Shown: in pieces, positions 51,483 to 63,789 of the stretch
How positions within the stretch are numbered: position 1 is the first letter of the stretch
How the letters are laid out: the number at the start of each line of letters is the position of its first letter
NCBI RefSeq assembly: GCF_024521635.1
Contig: NW_026250417.1
Location: forward strand, 248,001-312,000
Direction: 5' to 3'
Origin: Tricharina praecox
Taxonomy: Eukaryota
Length of the DNA stretch: 64,000 nucleotides
The notes under the pieces: generated by a model
Told to the model about the DNA's origin: nothing
The model's database searches: none
What the model saw: the letters and a program-made list of their open reading frames with translations, nothing else
Position numbers and translations under genes: made by a program

Positions 51483-51992
51483 GGTGAAGAAGAAAAGGAA
51501 AAGAGGAGGAAGGGCGGGCGGGGACGGGGGATTTTATAGGTGTAGGCTTCCAGGTCGGCGAGATTTCGCCGCTCGTGCATCTCCCATGCCCGCTGCCAGC
51601 TCAGACAGAACCCGCTCTCAAACCGAATGACAACAACCCTCTCCGCCCACGGTCACACCCCGGACCGAGCTGGTCTCAACGAGTCCCACTCTGTTCACAA
51701 CTCCTTGGCCATCGGTCTCACCTGGGTCCGCAGCTCAGAGTTGAAACGACGCGCCAAGGCGTCGTTTCTGCTGGGTCCCACAGCAGCTATGCACAATCCC
51801 GCCGCTCGCAAGTCGGCCGGCCAGCTTCGATTCCTGTCTCGTCTGCTCTCGAGCTCCAAGTTCCAAGTGGCAAGTCCTAAGCCCCTATCTAGCTAGCTAC
51901 CTACTTTCTGTCGGCCAAAATCGACCCCCCCGGAACAGCTATAAAACCCCCCATCCCCGCCCGTCCTTCCTCCTCTTTTCCTTTTCTTCTTC

Positions 51993-52119
51993 ATACTTAC
52001 CTTGATGCGACTTTGCTGGCTCAAACAGCAGCAAAGCTCCAGAGACACCCCCTCATTGCACAGCGAGGGAAGCGTGTCTCTGCGAAATGTCTTCGGATGT
52101 TTCGGCGTCGCAATTTTTG
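51993..52119 (+). ncRNA. U1: U1 snRNA-like copy 13 (subtype A)
   Basis: All motifs; TATAAAA upstream. Confidence 0.87.
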
Positions 52120-52899
52120 ATTTCTTCCTCCGCTTTGAATTGGTGAAAGCGTTTTCGTTGATGGTGCTGGGCTCTCTCTTCTCGGGAGGCCGAGACGTCG
52201 AAGAAAACATGCCACACATCGATGGGGACACTCCCTCTTACTCTTTCCACCCGGCTGTCCCTGACCGCTGGCCGCGAGCTCGATGCCGGCTCCCTATTGC
52301 TCTCCGCCCAGCTCTCCCCGAGCGTCAACCTTCCCTGCTCGCTCCCCGCTCAACTCAAAAGAATGAATGAACGAAAGTATTCGTCAGTCAAACTCTCGCC
52401 CCGTCCAACTTCCTGTGAGCTCGATTACGAAATCTAGTTCCTCGTCCCTGCCGCCGTGTTCTCTATATACTCCACCGGCCGGCCGTCTCCTCGCCCGTCC
52501 TGTATCCTCTTTCTCGCCCTGGCTCTTACTGCGTCCCAGTCCATCGAGCTGCCTGTAGCCTGGGTGACCCGGCTGGGAGGGATGGGAAGGAAGAGGGGAC
52601 GAAGGCTCTCGGCGGCCTGTCTCCTTTCTTCCGCTCTCGCCACTCTTTCTACCGCTGCGGCTCTTGCTCCTTCTCTATGTGAGGACCGCCGTCGCCGCTG
52701 CTATGTCCGAGGTTTGGCTCGGGGTTTCTGGTCCGTCTTCTGGTCCCAGGGGGGGTACCCTTCTGCGACCCACGTCCGTGCTGTCGAGGAAACCGAGGAC
52801 AGCCGTAGTACAGTATTGGTTCGCGAGGAGATCCTCGATCTTGAATCTCCCCCCCCCCCCCCTCCCTTCCCCCACCCATCGTTTCCTTTCTTCTTCATA

Positions 52900-55766
52900 C
52901 CCTTGTAAAACAAGGGGGAGTTTTTTAAATAGTGGAGCGACTGTTGTGCCATGATTTTTTTTTCAAACCCGTAGGAAAAGTAAATACCACATCGTGATAG
53001 TTGGGAATTATACACATGTCAAATTATTGACCTATAAAAGCCACTCAAAACATTGTACATTCCGTGTTAGATTTACAGACGTGTTGCAAGTTTTTAACGG
53101 AGGGAGTGGATATACAGTTCACAGACTTTTCCCGTGAAAATTGGAAGCCGTAGTACAAGTGATCCCGATTATAGAGAGTTAAATGACCGGCAATTAGACA
53201 TATTTAAAGAATTACTTCGAGTTTTTTTTCAATATGTTGCAAATCTCTCCTATGTAGTTAAAATAAAGCGTTAAAGTGCATTAAAACGTTGCAGCATCGT
53301 TTTCTTGGAATTTTTGAACCATTTTTGAACCATTTTTGAACTGTTGAAACTTGGGAGCAAGAGTGCAACGTGTGAATATCAGAGATGAATCGGGACGCTT
53401 AGCCTTGAAACTAGGCTCGGGTTTCCTCGCTTATGCAGTATTTTTTCACATTGGTCTTGAAGCACTAAGCACATATGGATTTATATTCTACTATATATTA
53501 CTACCTACGGGGCCAACAGGCAGTATCCAGAGCGGGCCGGCAGGCTGGCACATACTGCTGCTAGCCCTGCTGCCACTGACCCTCGACTTGCTGGATCCAT
53601 TGTGGTGGAGAGATGGAGGGGCTGTCGGCGGGAGGAATGGTTGCGCCGAGATGAGGGGTTGTGTCGAGGGGAGGGTTGCGGCGAGGATATAGTTGTGGCT
53701 AGAAAAGATATAAGAGAGAGAAGCTCTTAACGAGAGTAGGAGTTGCGGCGGGAGGAGGGGTTGCGCCGAGAGGAAGGTTGCGCCGAGAGGGGGGGTTGTG
53801 CCGAGAGGAGGGGTTGTGCCGAGAGGAGGGTTGCGGCGAGGATATAGTTGCGGCTAGAAAAGCTATAAGAGAGAGAAGCTATGAGCGAGAGTAGGAGCTA
53901 CGGCGGGAGGAGGAGTTACGCCGAGGGGAAGGGAGAATAGAGTTGTTGCTAGAAAAGCTGTTTGAGAGAGAAGCTATCAGCGAGGGTAGACTCTAGAATT
54001 GCGGCCAGAAGTTGCGGCAAGAATAGAGTTGCGCGGAGAGTACATAGCAGTTGTGGCGAGGGTAGAGATGCAGCAAAGCTAGCTATAAAAGAGAGAAACT
54101 ATCAGCAGGAGTAGAATGGCAGCGGGAGAAGTAGCTATATGAGTAAGGAGATATCAGCGGGAGTAGCAGTAGCAGTAAGGTGGAGGGTGGGGTGGGGGGG
54201 GATCACAGAGGGGCCAGCCGGGCGAGCAGCAGTAGTGAGTGGGGGATATTCACAGCGCAGCCAGTACTGTATACACGTTAGCACGAGGGCAAATTCGAGG
54301 GCAAATCCAGTACTGTAACAACGGTAGCGAGGGGGCATTTCTAGCGAGAGTGCATTTCGTAGGCGATTCCAGCGCTGTATCAGCGGCGGGTCCAGCAGGG
54401 CATGTAGTAGTGGGGAGAGGGAAGGGCAATCACCATGTATTGCGCCGAGAGGAGGGGTTGTGCGGGGAGGAGAGGAGAATAGAGTTGCACCGAAAGTAGA
54501 CTTGCGGCGAGAAAAGCTATGAGAGAGAGAAGCTATCAGCGAGGGTAGATATGCGGCCAGAATAGAGTTGCGCCGAGAGTAGCAGTTGCGGCGGGGGTAG
54601 GAGCTATATCATATGAGCTATCAGTAAGAGTAGTAGTAGCAGTTGCGGCGGGAGTAGCAGTAGCAGGAGGGAGTAGGAGCTATATGAGAAATGAGCTATC
54701 AGTGGGAGTAGCAGTAGTAGTTGCGGCGCGAGTAGGAGCTATAAGACAGAGGAAGATTAGCGAGAGTAGTAGTTGCAGCACAGAAGGGAGAATAGCAGTT
54801 GTGGCGAGAGTAGAGCCTTGAGAGAAGTGCTATCAGCAGCAGTAGTAGTAGGAGCTATATGAGAGAAGTGCTATTAGCGAAAGTAGTTGCGGCGGGAGGG
54901 GGATAGCAGTTGCGGAGGAAGTAGTAGTTTCAGTGGGAGTAGCAGTTGCGGGGGGGGGGGAATAGCAGTTGCGGTGGGGGAGGGAGTTGCGGTAAGGGGG
55001 GTAATAGCAGTTGCGGTGGGGGGGAATAGCTGGGAGTGGGAATAGCTGGGAGTGGGAATAGCTGGAGGTGGGAATAGCAGTTACGGGGGGGGAGGAGTTG
55101 CGGGGGGAGGAGGAGATGTGGGGGAGGAGGAGTTGTGGGAAAAGAAGAAGAAGAAAAAGAAGAAGAGGCGGACGGCTAAGAGAGCATACGACCCCGCCAT
55201 GCCCGCCATGCCCGCCAACGTTGGTGCCGTCTACTAACCACATTCGTCTTCTCCCACCGACAGGAGTCCTTCACCTCCTCCTGTTGCCGACACCTCCTAC
55301 CACAGCTCCTGAGCCATTTCACGAATTGACTAAGTCATTCCTAGAGTCATCTCGCGGATTGACTCAGTCATTCCTGTTATTACTCCCTCCCGTGGCAGCT
55401 CGCTCATCGCTCCCCACACAGGGAAACAGTGGAAAAATGCCAAGACAACGCTTAAGTGAGCACCAACGATATATCTCGAACTTGTGTTTTTATATTTCCA
55501 CCAGTTCCTGTTTACTTAAGCGTTAGATCAACGTATGACAAATTCTCACATTTTCTGGCTTTTTGCCGAGTTTACAATTTAAAATGGGTGTACTGTCTAT
55601 CATCATATTATTTCCGCATCGTTTTACGTAGCTCACGTTATTCTAGATGCAATAGTTGCGGAATAGTTGGGCAATACCGCGGGGCCGTTTGTGAAATCTA
55701 ATGATCGCGTAACCATTTCCCAACCCACCGCTCACGTTTATAAAACCCCCCTTTTTTTTACAAGGG
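52900..55766. mobile_element. 2.87-kb TIR DNA transposon (TA TSD) inserted in U1 copy 14
   Basis: TIRs CCCTTGTAAAA... / ...TTTTACAAGGG; TA duplicated (52898-99, 55767-68); removing it restores TTCTTCATACTTACCTTG; no intact transposase seen. Confidence 0.9.
53640..55140 (+). repeat. Purine-rich degenerate minisatellite inside the TIR element
   Basis: Recurrent GAGAGAGAAGCTATCAGCGAG and TAGCAGTTGCGG units. Confidence 0.75.
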
Positions 55767-55917
55767 TACTTACCTTGATGCGACTTTGCTGGCTCAACGA
55801 TCAGTAAAGCTCTAGAGACACTCCCTCATTGCACAGCGAGGGTCAAGTGTCGCTGCGAAATGTCTTCGGATGTTTCGGCGGCGCAATTTTTGATATCTTC
55901 CTCCACTTTGGTGGAGG
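55767..55917 (+). ncRNA. U1: U1 snRNA-like copy 14 (subtype A), interrupted at nt 2-3 by the transposon
   Basis: TACTTACCTTG...ATTGCAC...AATTTTTG plus the CCTCCACTTTGGTGGAGG hairpin; its upstream T-tract is left behind at ~52860-52899. Confidence 0.82.
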
Positions 55918-55994
55918 CGTTTTCGTTGATGGCGCTGGGCTCTCTCCTCGGGAGGCCGAGGCGTCGAAGAAAACGTGTCACATCGGTGGGGAAG

Positions 55995-56390
55995 GGTCAC
56001 GCTCTCTTTCATGGCATATCCTGATGAAGCGGCAGGGGGCGAGGCGGGGTGACGAGCGGACTGTTATTTCCTAGCTTTATGTATTTCTTTGATGCGCTCT
56101 ATCTCTATCGCCGGGACCGGTTGGGGCGGCGGGCAAGGGAAGCCACATCGGGCCGCTCGACGAAAGCCGGGTTGGACAGTGGCGCACGCCCTCTTTCATG
56201 GCATCTCCTGATGAAGCGGCAGGGGGCGGAGCGGGGCGGGGTGAGGAGCGGACTGTTATCTCCTAACTTTATTTCTTTGGTGCGCTCTATCTCTATCACT
56301 GGGACAGGCCGGGGCGGCAGGCAAGGGAACCCACATCGGGCCGCTCGACGAAAGCCGGGTTGGACAGTGGCGTGGAAACGGAGTGTGTAG
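55995..56390 (+). repeat. Two tandem ~185-bp LINE 3'UTR-like fragments
   Basis: CACGC..CTCTTTCATGGCAT.TCCTGATGAAGCGGCAGGGG...CGAAAGCCGGGTTGGACAGTGGCG occurs twice and matches 51010-51195. Confidence 0.75.
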
Positions 56391-56537
56391 GGGCGGATAT
56401 TGCCATGACCCGTCTCCGGAGCAAGAGGAGTCCCCATTCCCCATCGATGTAACATGCCTTCTTCGACATCTCAGCCTCCCGATGAGAGAGAGCCCAGCAC
56501 CATAAACGAAAACCTTCATCAAAGGGGAGGAAGAAAT

Positions 56538-56664
56538 CAAAAATTGCGACGCCGAAACATCCGAAGACATTTCGCAAAGACATGCTTCCCTCGCTGTGCA
56601 ATGAGGGGGTGTCTCTGGAGCTTTGCTGCGGTTTGAGCCAGCAAAGTCGCATCAAGGTAAGTAT
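56538..56664 (-). ncRNA. U1: U1 snRNA-like copy 15 (subtype A)
   Basis: All motifs; TATA degenerate (TACAAAA). Confidence 0.82.
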
Positions 56665-56859
56665 GAAGAAGAAAAGGAAACGGTAGGTGGGGTGGGGGAA
56701 AGGAGCGTTTTGTAGGTGATTTGGTGGGCCGATTTCGCCGAAGGAAAGTAGCTAGGTAGCTAGGGTTTTTGACCGAGTGACAGGCAGTGCCGCCAAGCTA
56801 GCCGGCAGACAACACCTAAAAAAACCCCCTTCCCCCCACCCAGTTTTCTTTTCTTCTTC

Positions 56860-56985
56860 ATACTTACCTTGATGCGACTTGCTGGCCCCACAATCAGCGA
56901 GCTCCGGAGGCAATACTCTCATTGCACAGCGAGGGCAGCGTGTCTCTGTGAAAGGTCTTCGGGCCTTTTGGCGTCGCAATTTTTG
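56860..56985 (+). ncRNA. U1: U1 snRNA-like copy 16 (subtype A)
   Basis: All motifs; TATA degenerate (TAAAAAAA). Confidence 0.8.
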
Positions 56986-57256
56986 ATTTCTTCCTTTCTT
57001 ATGAAGGCGTTTTCGTTGATGGTGCTGGGCTTTTCGAAGGAGGCCGAGATGTCGAAGAAAACGGCATGAAGGATTGCGGCGTGGTGTATGGGTGTTGTAC
57101 ACAATGTGAGTAAACCCAAGACAGCGCAAGCAGAGTGTAAAGCAATATTCATGGTCCCCAACTTCATGGCTTGCATCCATCCCGTCAGCTGTCGTATCAG
57201 GACTCCCGGTGCGACCTTGTACGTAGCCACCATATGTACCGTAGCTTACAGTAAAG

Positions 57257-57470
57257 ACGCCGACGAGCGGTACAGCCAGGGGGTAGTTCCTAGATCCTAG
57301 ATTTCCTCTCATCCACCGATGTGGGCAGTTGGACCATGGAGGTCGCTGAGGAAGATGCAGCATGTGAGGTGTCCGGGTGGGAGCTCAGGGAGCGGGAAGA
57401 GAGGGAGGCGGAGCTGAGGCGAGAAGAGGAGGGGTCACGCCCGCTGTTCCTCCTCACGCCCTCTTTCATA
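57257..57470 (+). mobile_element. LINE ORF2 C-terminal fragment
   Basis: ADERYSQG..ILDFLSSTDVG...EEDAACEVSGWELREREE; homologous to 50810-51025. Confidence 0.75.
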
Positions 57471-57558
57471 CATAACGTGTCTTCCTCGACGTCTCGGCCT
57501 CCCGAGGAGAGAGAGCCCAGCAGCATCAACGAAAACTTCACCAAAGCGGGTAAGAAAT

Positions 57559-57685
57559 CAAAAATTGCGACGCCGAAAGGCCCTAAGACCTTTCGCAGAG
57601 ACACTCGACCCTCGCTGTGCAATGAGGGGGTGTCTCTGAAGCTTTACTGCTGTTTGAGCCAGCAAAGTCGCATCAAGGTAAGTAT
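57559..57685 (-). ncRNA. U1: U1 snRNA-like copy 17 (subtype A)
   Basis: All motifs; TATAAAA upstream. Confidence 0.85.
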
Positions 57686-57874
57686 GAAGAAGAAAAGGAA
57701 ACGATGGGTGGGAGAAAGGGGCGTTTTATAGGTGATTTTGGTGGGGTCTATTTCGCCGACGGAAAGTAGCTAGCTAGGGTTTTCGACCGAGTGACACCCA
57801 GTGTCGCCGAGCTAGCCAGCAGGAAACACCTATAAAATCCCCCTTCCGCCATCCACTGTTTCCTTTTCTTCTTT

Positions 57875-58000
57875 ATACTTACCTTGATGCGACTTTGCTG
57901 ACTCAAACAACAGTAAAGCTCTAGGAATAAGGTTCTCATTGCACAGCGAGAACCGAGTCTCTGCGAATGATCTTAGGGTCTTTCGGCATCGCAATTTTTG
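57875..58000 (+). ncRNA. U1: U1 snRNA-like copy 18 (subtype B)
   Basis: All motifs; TATAAAA at 57831. Confidence 0.85.
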
Positions 58001-61000
58001 TTTGCTTGCTTGCTTGCTTCGGGTTTTCCATCGGTTACTTGGGTGATCAGTGAGGCCGAGGTATCGAGGGAGGATGGTATGAAGAATTTGCGGTGTGCTG
58101 GCAGCGCAGAGCGGACTGAGGACATGCCAGGTAATCGTAGGGGATATTTCCTCGATTACCTAGAGCAGACCCCCACCCCCCAACAATTGTAACTTGTGCG
58201 GTTGGACTGGGAAAATCGAGTAAAATATTCGGCTTGAATGAGAATTGGATACATTTCAAGTGGTTCAACGGCGGTCGGATTCCCAAGTGGTTAGATTTCT
58301 CTGATTTTGTTCCAGGCTAACTACATAACAAACTGCCAACTCTGGCATTTGCAAATCCAAAGGGCGGGTGGGGCAAGTGAGAGGATGTGGAAAGAGGAGG
58401 CCACGAGTGAATGAGGCAGGAACAGGAGGCGCGGAGGCTATGGTTGCAGGTTGCAGCAACTTAGAGGCGAATCAATTGCTCGATCAAGGGAAGATACCGG
58501 TACATCGATATATGTCAAGGATTTCGCGACAACAGCAAGGCTTCAGCCTTCAGTGGAAACAGAAACATGTTTTATCAGATTATCAATACACCCGACGATT
58601 GAACCATTTGATCTTATATTCTGAAAAGAGCTGCTCAATACCAGCAGGAATGACAGGAATGGACAGTAAACCAAGTGCCGTGTGGTGAACTTTGAAGGTT
58701 GGGAGAACGCCGACTCTGACGTTGTTCAGACCACCGCGCAATAGCGGCTATGCTGGCAGCTGTCATGATACCTAGTCCCTCTCAGTTGGAAATGGATAGT
58801 ATTCTTGCAACTAATCAAAGTCAAATCGATTGCATTACCACCAAGCCAGAGACGTTGGGATCAATGTTAGTCCCTGCTCGAGTGTTGATCAGAGGGGTCG
58901 TTCGGTGGCTAAGAGTGATAACGTATGATAATGCTTGAAGAGTCGGAATATTGTTCTCGATCAGGCTATTAGGTCGGGAGGGAGGGCGATTATACCTATT
59001 GCAGCGCATGGGGAACTTTCATTGACAACAGGAGGCGGGATATTTCCTCCACCAGCTCATGGTAGGGCTGTGTTGCCGTTCAAGTCGGAGTGCAGTCCTC
59101 TGCGGTGGGGGTGGGGTTTTGAGAGACTGCTGAATTTGCGTGACGGCCTCAAGGTAACTTGTTGTATGTATTGCTACTGTCACCATTCATACCTACTTCC
59201 GGAGTTCCGGCCACATTCTCTACAGAAGTTCCTCTATCGTTTTAACCGCAAAAGAAGTGGAGGAATCTTTCTTCGCTTTTAGCTACATAGCGGAAGAGCA
59301 GTCCGCTTGGGACTTTCGATGGAACCTGCTCTGGAATCTGGTCTGGCCGCTAATTCCGATGGATCCCCACCTTGCCTACATATACCCCTCATGTAACTAA
59401 CGAGCTGGCTGGGCATCATGGAAGAGGTGGGGCATGGGCAGTATCCAATAAGGGAAGGCCCTCCTCCCTCCTCCCTCCTCCCTCGTCTCTGCTCCGGGGA
59501 CGCACGTTGCACGCATATATGCAGAAGCCCATCCAAATTCCAGAATCCATCCTCCAAAGCCAGCAGAAACCGGTTGTTTCATGCCAATGCCAATATCTAC
59601 CATGCCAACGCCAAACTAACCGCCAACCCCGACTCAAGTTCCGATCGATGCCTTGGCTGTATATCTATAGCCTGAGTGATACGCAGTGACTTCAAAGCCG
59701 GCACCTCGGCCCGCAACATTTCTCGGCGCGATCAGTTGCGCTGGATGGATGAGTGCGGTGCCGAGCGAGCACCCCGCATCCCACGCCCGCTGCACTGCGG
59801 GCTTACGGCCCCCATGGTCAATATATGCGCGATAAGTATGTGAGTATCATACATACATGCTGCAATACTCAATTTGGCTCGAGGGTGGTGGATAATGGAC
59901 AGTGGAGTTTGGACGTGCATGTCGCCTACATAGGGATTTATTATCGTCGCGTATGTAAGCTCTGGGGAGGCAGCTGGGCAGCGGGATAGGTGAGTAGGTA
60001 GAGAGGTAGGAAGGTATGTAGACAGGCAGGCAGGTATCTACCGAGCGCTCTCGGTGAAGCCCAACGAACGAAAGAATCACAGTTCCAGGACCTCTGGCGG
60101 TGGTCAGCGTTGGCGTGGAGCGACTCCGAAGGATCCGATACGTCAGTCGCCGCTGGCGTGCTGTCAATTTTAATCAATGATGGGTAGGTATCGCGGTGAC
60201 GCTGAGTGCATGTGCCGATGCGTTTTGGATGACGAGCGAACGGAATGTATGGGTATCATGGTCGCGCCGCGCCGTGCCGCGCCGTGGGGCAGATCCGCGG
60301 CGCGCGGGGGGAGGGGAGTGTTGGTCATGGCTACGTGATACCCAGTGAGTGGTTGAGTGATCCAGTCGGCAAGCTCGGTTCGACGGAGAGACGAAAACGC
60401 ATGAACTGGGCGACTGGGAACGCGGGTCAGGTGGTGCCTTTCGTTGGCTCGTTTCGGCGGTCTTACTTCCTGCTTGCGTGTGATAGATCCGAGCTTCTCT
60501 GCAGAGTGAAACCAGTGCGATACAGTGCGTACTATAGTTACCGATCGCCAGCCGAGCATGAGGGCAGACGAACTTGGGGGCGTGATGGCGATTTAAACAA
60601 AAAGAACAAACCACTCTCCCCCCCTCCGCCGCCTCCTCCTGTCTGCGGATGAGACGAAACGAGACCGTTATGGGGGAACTCAACTCCAGATTTTTTCTGT
60701 TGAGGAATCAAGAGTCGGAGAGGGGGGTGCGTGGACCATCCGTCCCTGCATGCAGATGCTAGGGATTTACATTAGATCCAGAGACAGCAATCCGCCACTA
60801 TCGAAACGGAGAAAAACCTGGCCAAAGAGACGCCTGGGATCCCGCAGCAGCTTCCGTGGGTGGATGTGGAGTATGTACGCCCCAGGGCGGTGAGAACTGA
60901 GCGTTTAGAACCGGAATCCGTGCAGAGTGTGGACGCTGTAATTGTGTATTTGTGTATTTGTGTATGTGTGTACAACATAACTGACGGTTGAATTGAAGCG

Positions 61001-61535
61001 AGAAAAGGGCGGCAAAATCATCAATCAGCCATGGCCAGGGCGCATGTTCTGGAATTTGGAATCATATCTAAAGGCAGGCAATTACGAGTGCAGCGTCTCC
61101 TTGTTCCGAGAACCCTCCTTGAGTACCCACTTTGCTTCTTCCCACTCTACCTCCTCCTCCTCTCCGCCGCTTTCCCTCGGCCGTCACTCCTTACAATAGT
61201 CCCGGGGAAACGATACTTACCAAAGTATCTTAGCACCGGCTTTTCATTTTCTTCTCGAACCCACTTGCGGCTACACTTCCCTCATATATCGCCAGCCGTC
61301 GCCCCTCTCCCTCCCTGAAAAGGGACCATTGTCGTTGTCGCTACTGTCACGATCTTGTACCTCGCAGCTCCCACTTGTACCTACACTTGTACACCTGTAC
61401 ACTTGTACACCCACCTGTGCCAGCACATATCAACACCTCGCTCGAACAACGATTCCCTCCACATCCCTTGCATCCCTCGAACAAGAACCATTAACATACA
61501 CATTTATTCGCACTTCGACACAGTCTACAATCATC

Positions 61536-63079
61536 ATGGCCGCCTGCACCGGTTCGGCAGGACTGGTCAACACCTGGGAACGCGACGACACTGATGTTCA
61601 GCCGCAGAGAAAGGTCAAGTATCGCAGGAAACACTCTCGACAGCTCTCCACCATAGATTATCTGGAGGGCGAATCGGATTTGCTGTTGAAAGTATGGTCT
61701 ACGGCTCCCCCTCCCCCTCCCCCCCTCCCCCCGGTCGCAAGCTACAGTGCAACCGCGACACGCACCCGCGCACCCACGCACGCGCACACGACAAACAAAA
61801 AACAATGGCTGACATGGTGTACCATCTCCAGGTCGACCACTTCCTCACCGAGCTGGAGCAGCGGCTGGACCATCTCGAGAAATACGGCAACCTCAAGTTC
61901 GACCAGGGCATCGAGCGCGCGTGGAGTACACTGCAGGATGTGCGACTGGAGTGCGGGCGCATGGGAGGAGAGGTGATCGACGAGGGCAAACGGCGAGCCA
62001 AGGCCATTGTCGACATTCTCGAATCGCGGTACCACGAGGCATTGGAGGCTAAGGATACACTGCCCGGCAAGGTCGCGGCCAGCGTGCACTTTCTGGATGA
62101 ACTGCTGGAGGATTTTGAGGCGCGGGCACAGGCGAGTCTAGACAGGAAGCTCGATCGCGCCAGGCGCGGGATGGAGGCGGTCGCAGGCGCAAGGGATATG
62201 CTTTCGGTTTCGATCGAGCGGGCCATCGCGCTGGCGAAGGAGCGGAGGTTGATCACGTACGAGGAGCTGCCAGTGCCGTGGAGGGTCAACCCGCACATCC
62301 TCGACGGCTACAGGTTCACCGAGAGCAAGGTCGAGTGCGTCAAGTCGGTGTTCTGTTCGTTCAGCAACGAGACTTGCAACATCTGGTCGCACGGCCTGGG
62401 CTTCTTCATGGTCCTCGCGATCGCCTTCTACTTCTACCCCACGTCGCAAATGTTCCACTACCACACCACCGCGGACAAGCTCATCAACGGACTGTTCTTC
62501 CTCGCCGCGGCTAAGGCTATGGCTTGCAGCGCCATCTGGCACACCTTCGCGGCGATCGCGCACCAGGATGTGATGGAGCGCTTCGCGTGCGTCGACTACT
62601 CGGGTATCTCGCTGCTGATCGCAGTGAGCATCATGACAACCGAATACACCGCCTTCTACCACGAGCCCGTGAGCCGGTGGATCTACATGACGGCGACGTG
62701 TCTCTTTGGCATCGCAGGCGTAATCCTGCCATGGCGGCCCATCTTCAACCGAGCGGACATGCGAGTCTACCGAGTCGCATTCTACCTCACACTCGGAGCC
62801 ACCGGCGCCTTCCCCATGATCCAGCTGTGCTTGACTAGGGGCCCGGCGTGGGTCGGCCTCTTTTACGCACCCGTGCTCAAGAGCGTGCTCGTGTACCTCA
62901 TCGGCGCTATCTTCTACGCTCTTCAGATCCCCGAGAGATGGTACCCCGGCTGCTTCGACTTGGTCGGTGGCTCCCATAACATCTTCCACTGCATGGTTGT
63001 CTGTGGAATCCTGTTCCACTGGTACGCCATGCACGACTTGTTCCACCTCGCCTTGAGCCGCATGCCCGTCGGCATCTGA
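61536..63079 (+). CDS. IZH3: PAQR / hemolysin-III family membrane protein (Izh3-like)
   Basis: MAACTG...LLLK|VDHFLTELEQRL; LPVPWRVNPHILDGYRF, SNETCNIWSH, ACVDYSGI, IPERWYPGCFDLVGGSHNIFH. Confidence 0.92.
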
Positions 63080-63789
63080 GTATTGCGGGTTGGTTTTTCC
63101 CGCATGTCTCTTTGCCTGCATCCTCAGTCGCTCACTCGTCCGTCAGTCCTAGAATTTGACGTATAACTAGAGCCGGCCGTTGGTTCTGGCGACATGGAAG
63201 GCACAATTATTTTCTCCCGTTCCTGTACATTCAGCTTATTGTCGCAACCCTTCCTTCTTTTCCGTTCCTTTACCTTCGAAGTTTTCTTACCACCACCTTT
63301 TTTCCCTTTACTGTGAATATCGTCCCCCCACCTTCCTTTCTTCTTCAATACCTTTGCCCTTCGCATAGAGGTTCTTCATTTTACCTTCTTTCTCTTTCTC
63401 TTTTTTTCTTTCTTTTTTTGGTTTTGTCCCTTATTTCGTTCGTTTTTTGGATGGATGGTATGGTATGGTGTTGAGGTTACCTAGCTCGGAGAGATACAAA
63501 CTTGAAAGAAGTACCTGTGGCTATGCGCCGAATCGAGACCAAAGTATGCAATTGAAACTTGAGCTTGAGCTTGTGATGCAGATGATGATGTTGATGGCTG
63601 GCTGGCTGGCTGACTGGCTGGCTGGCTGGTTGGCTGGCAAGGTGTTCATAACTTCATATATGTCGGAGTACGTAAGCGTGTTTGTGGATTTATTTCCGTA
63701 TATATTGTACGGGTGTTGGCAGTTGCCTGGGGAAGTAACGATGTGACGATGTGATGCGCCGAGACATAGGGTGTCCTGTGGTGCCCTGT

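Noticed and set aside
55438-55526. MPRQRLSEHQR..., resembling a Tc1 transposase N-terminus
   Set aside because: Too short, lies near the element end and has no DDE domain downstream
62138-63121. Long antisense ORFs (327 aa here; also 18275-18907, 4050-4679, 36680-37141)
   Set aside because: Shadow frames of GC3-rich real genes on the opposite strand
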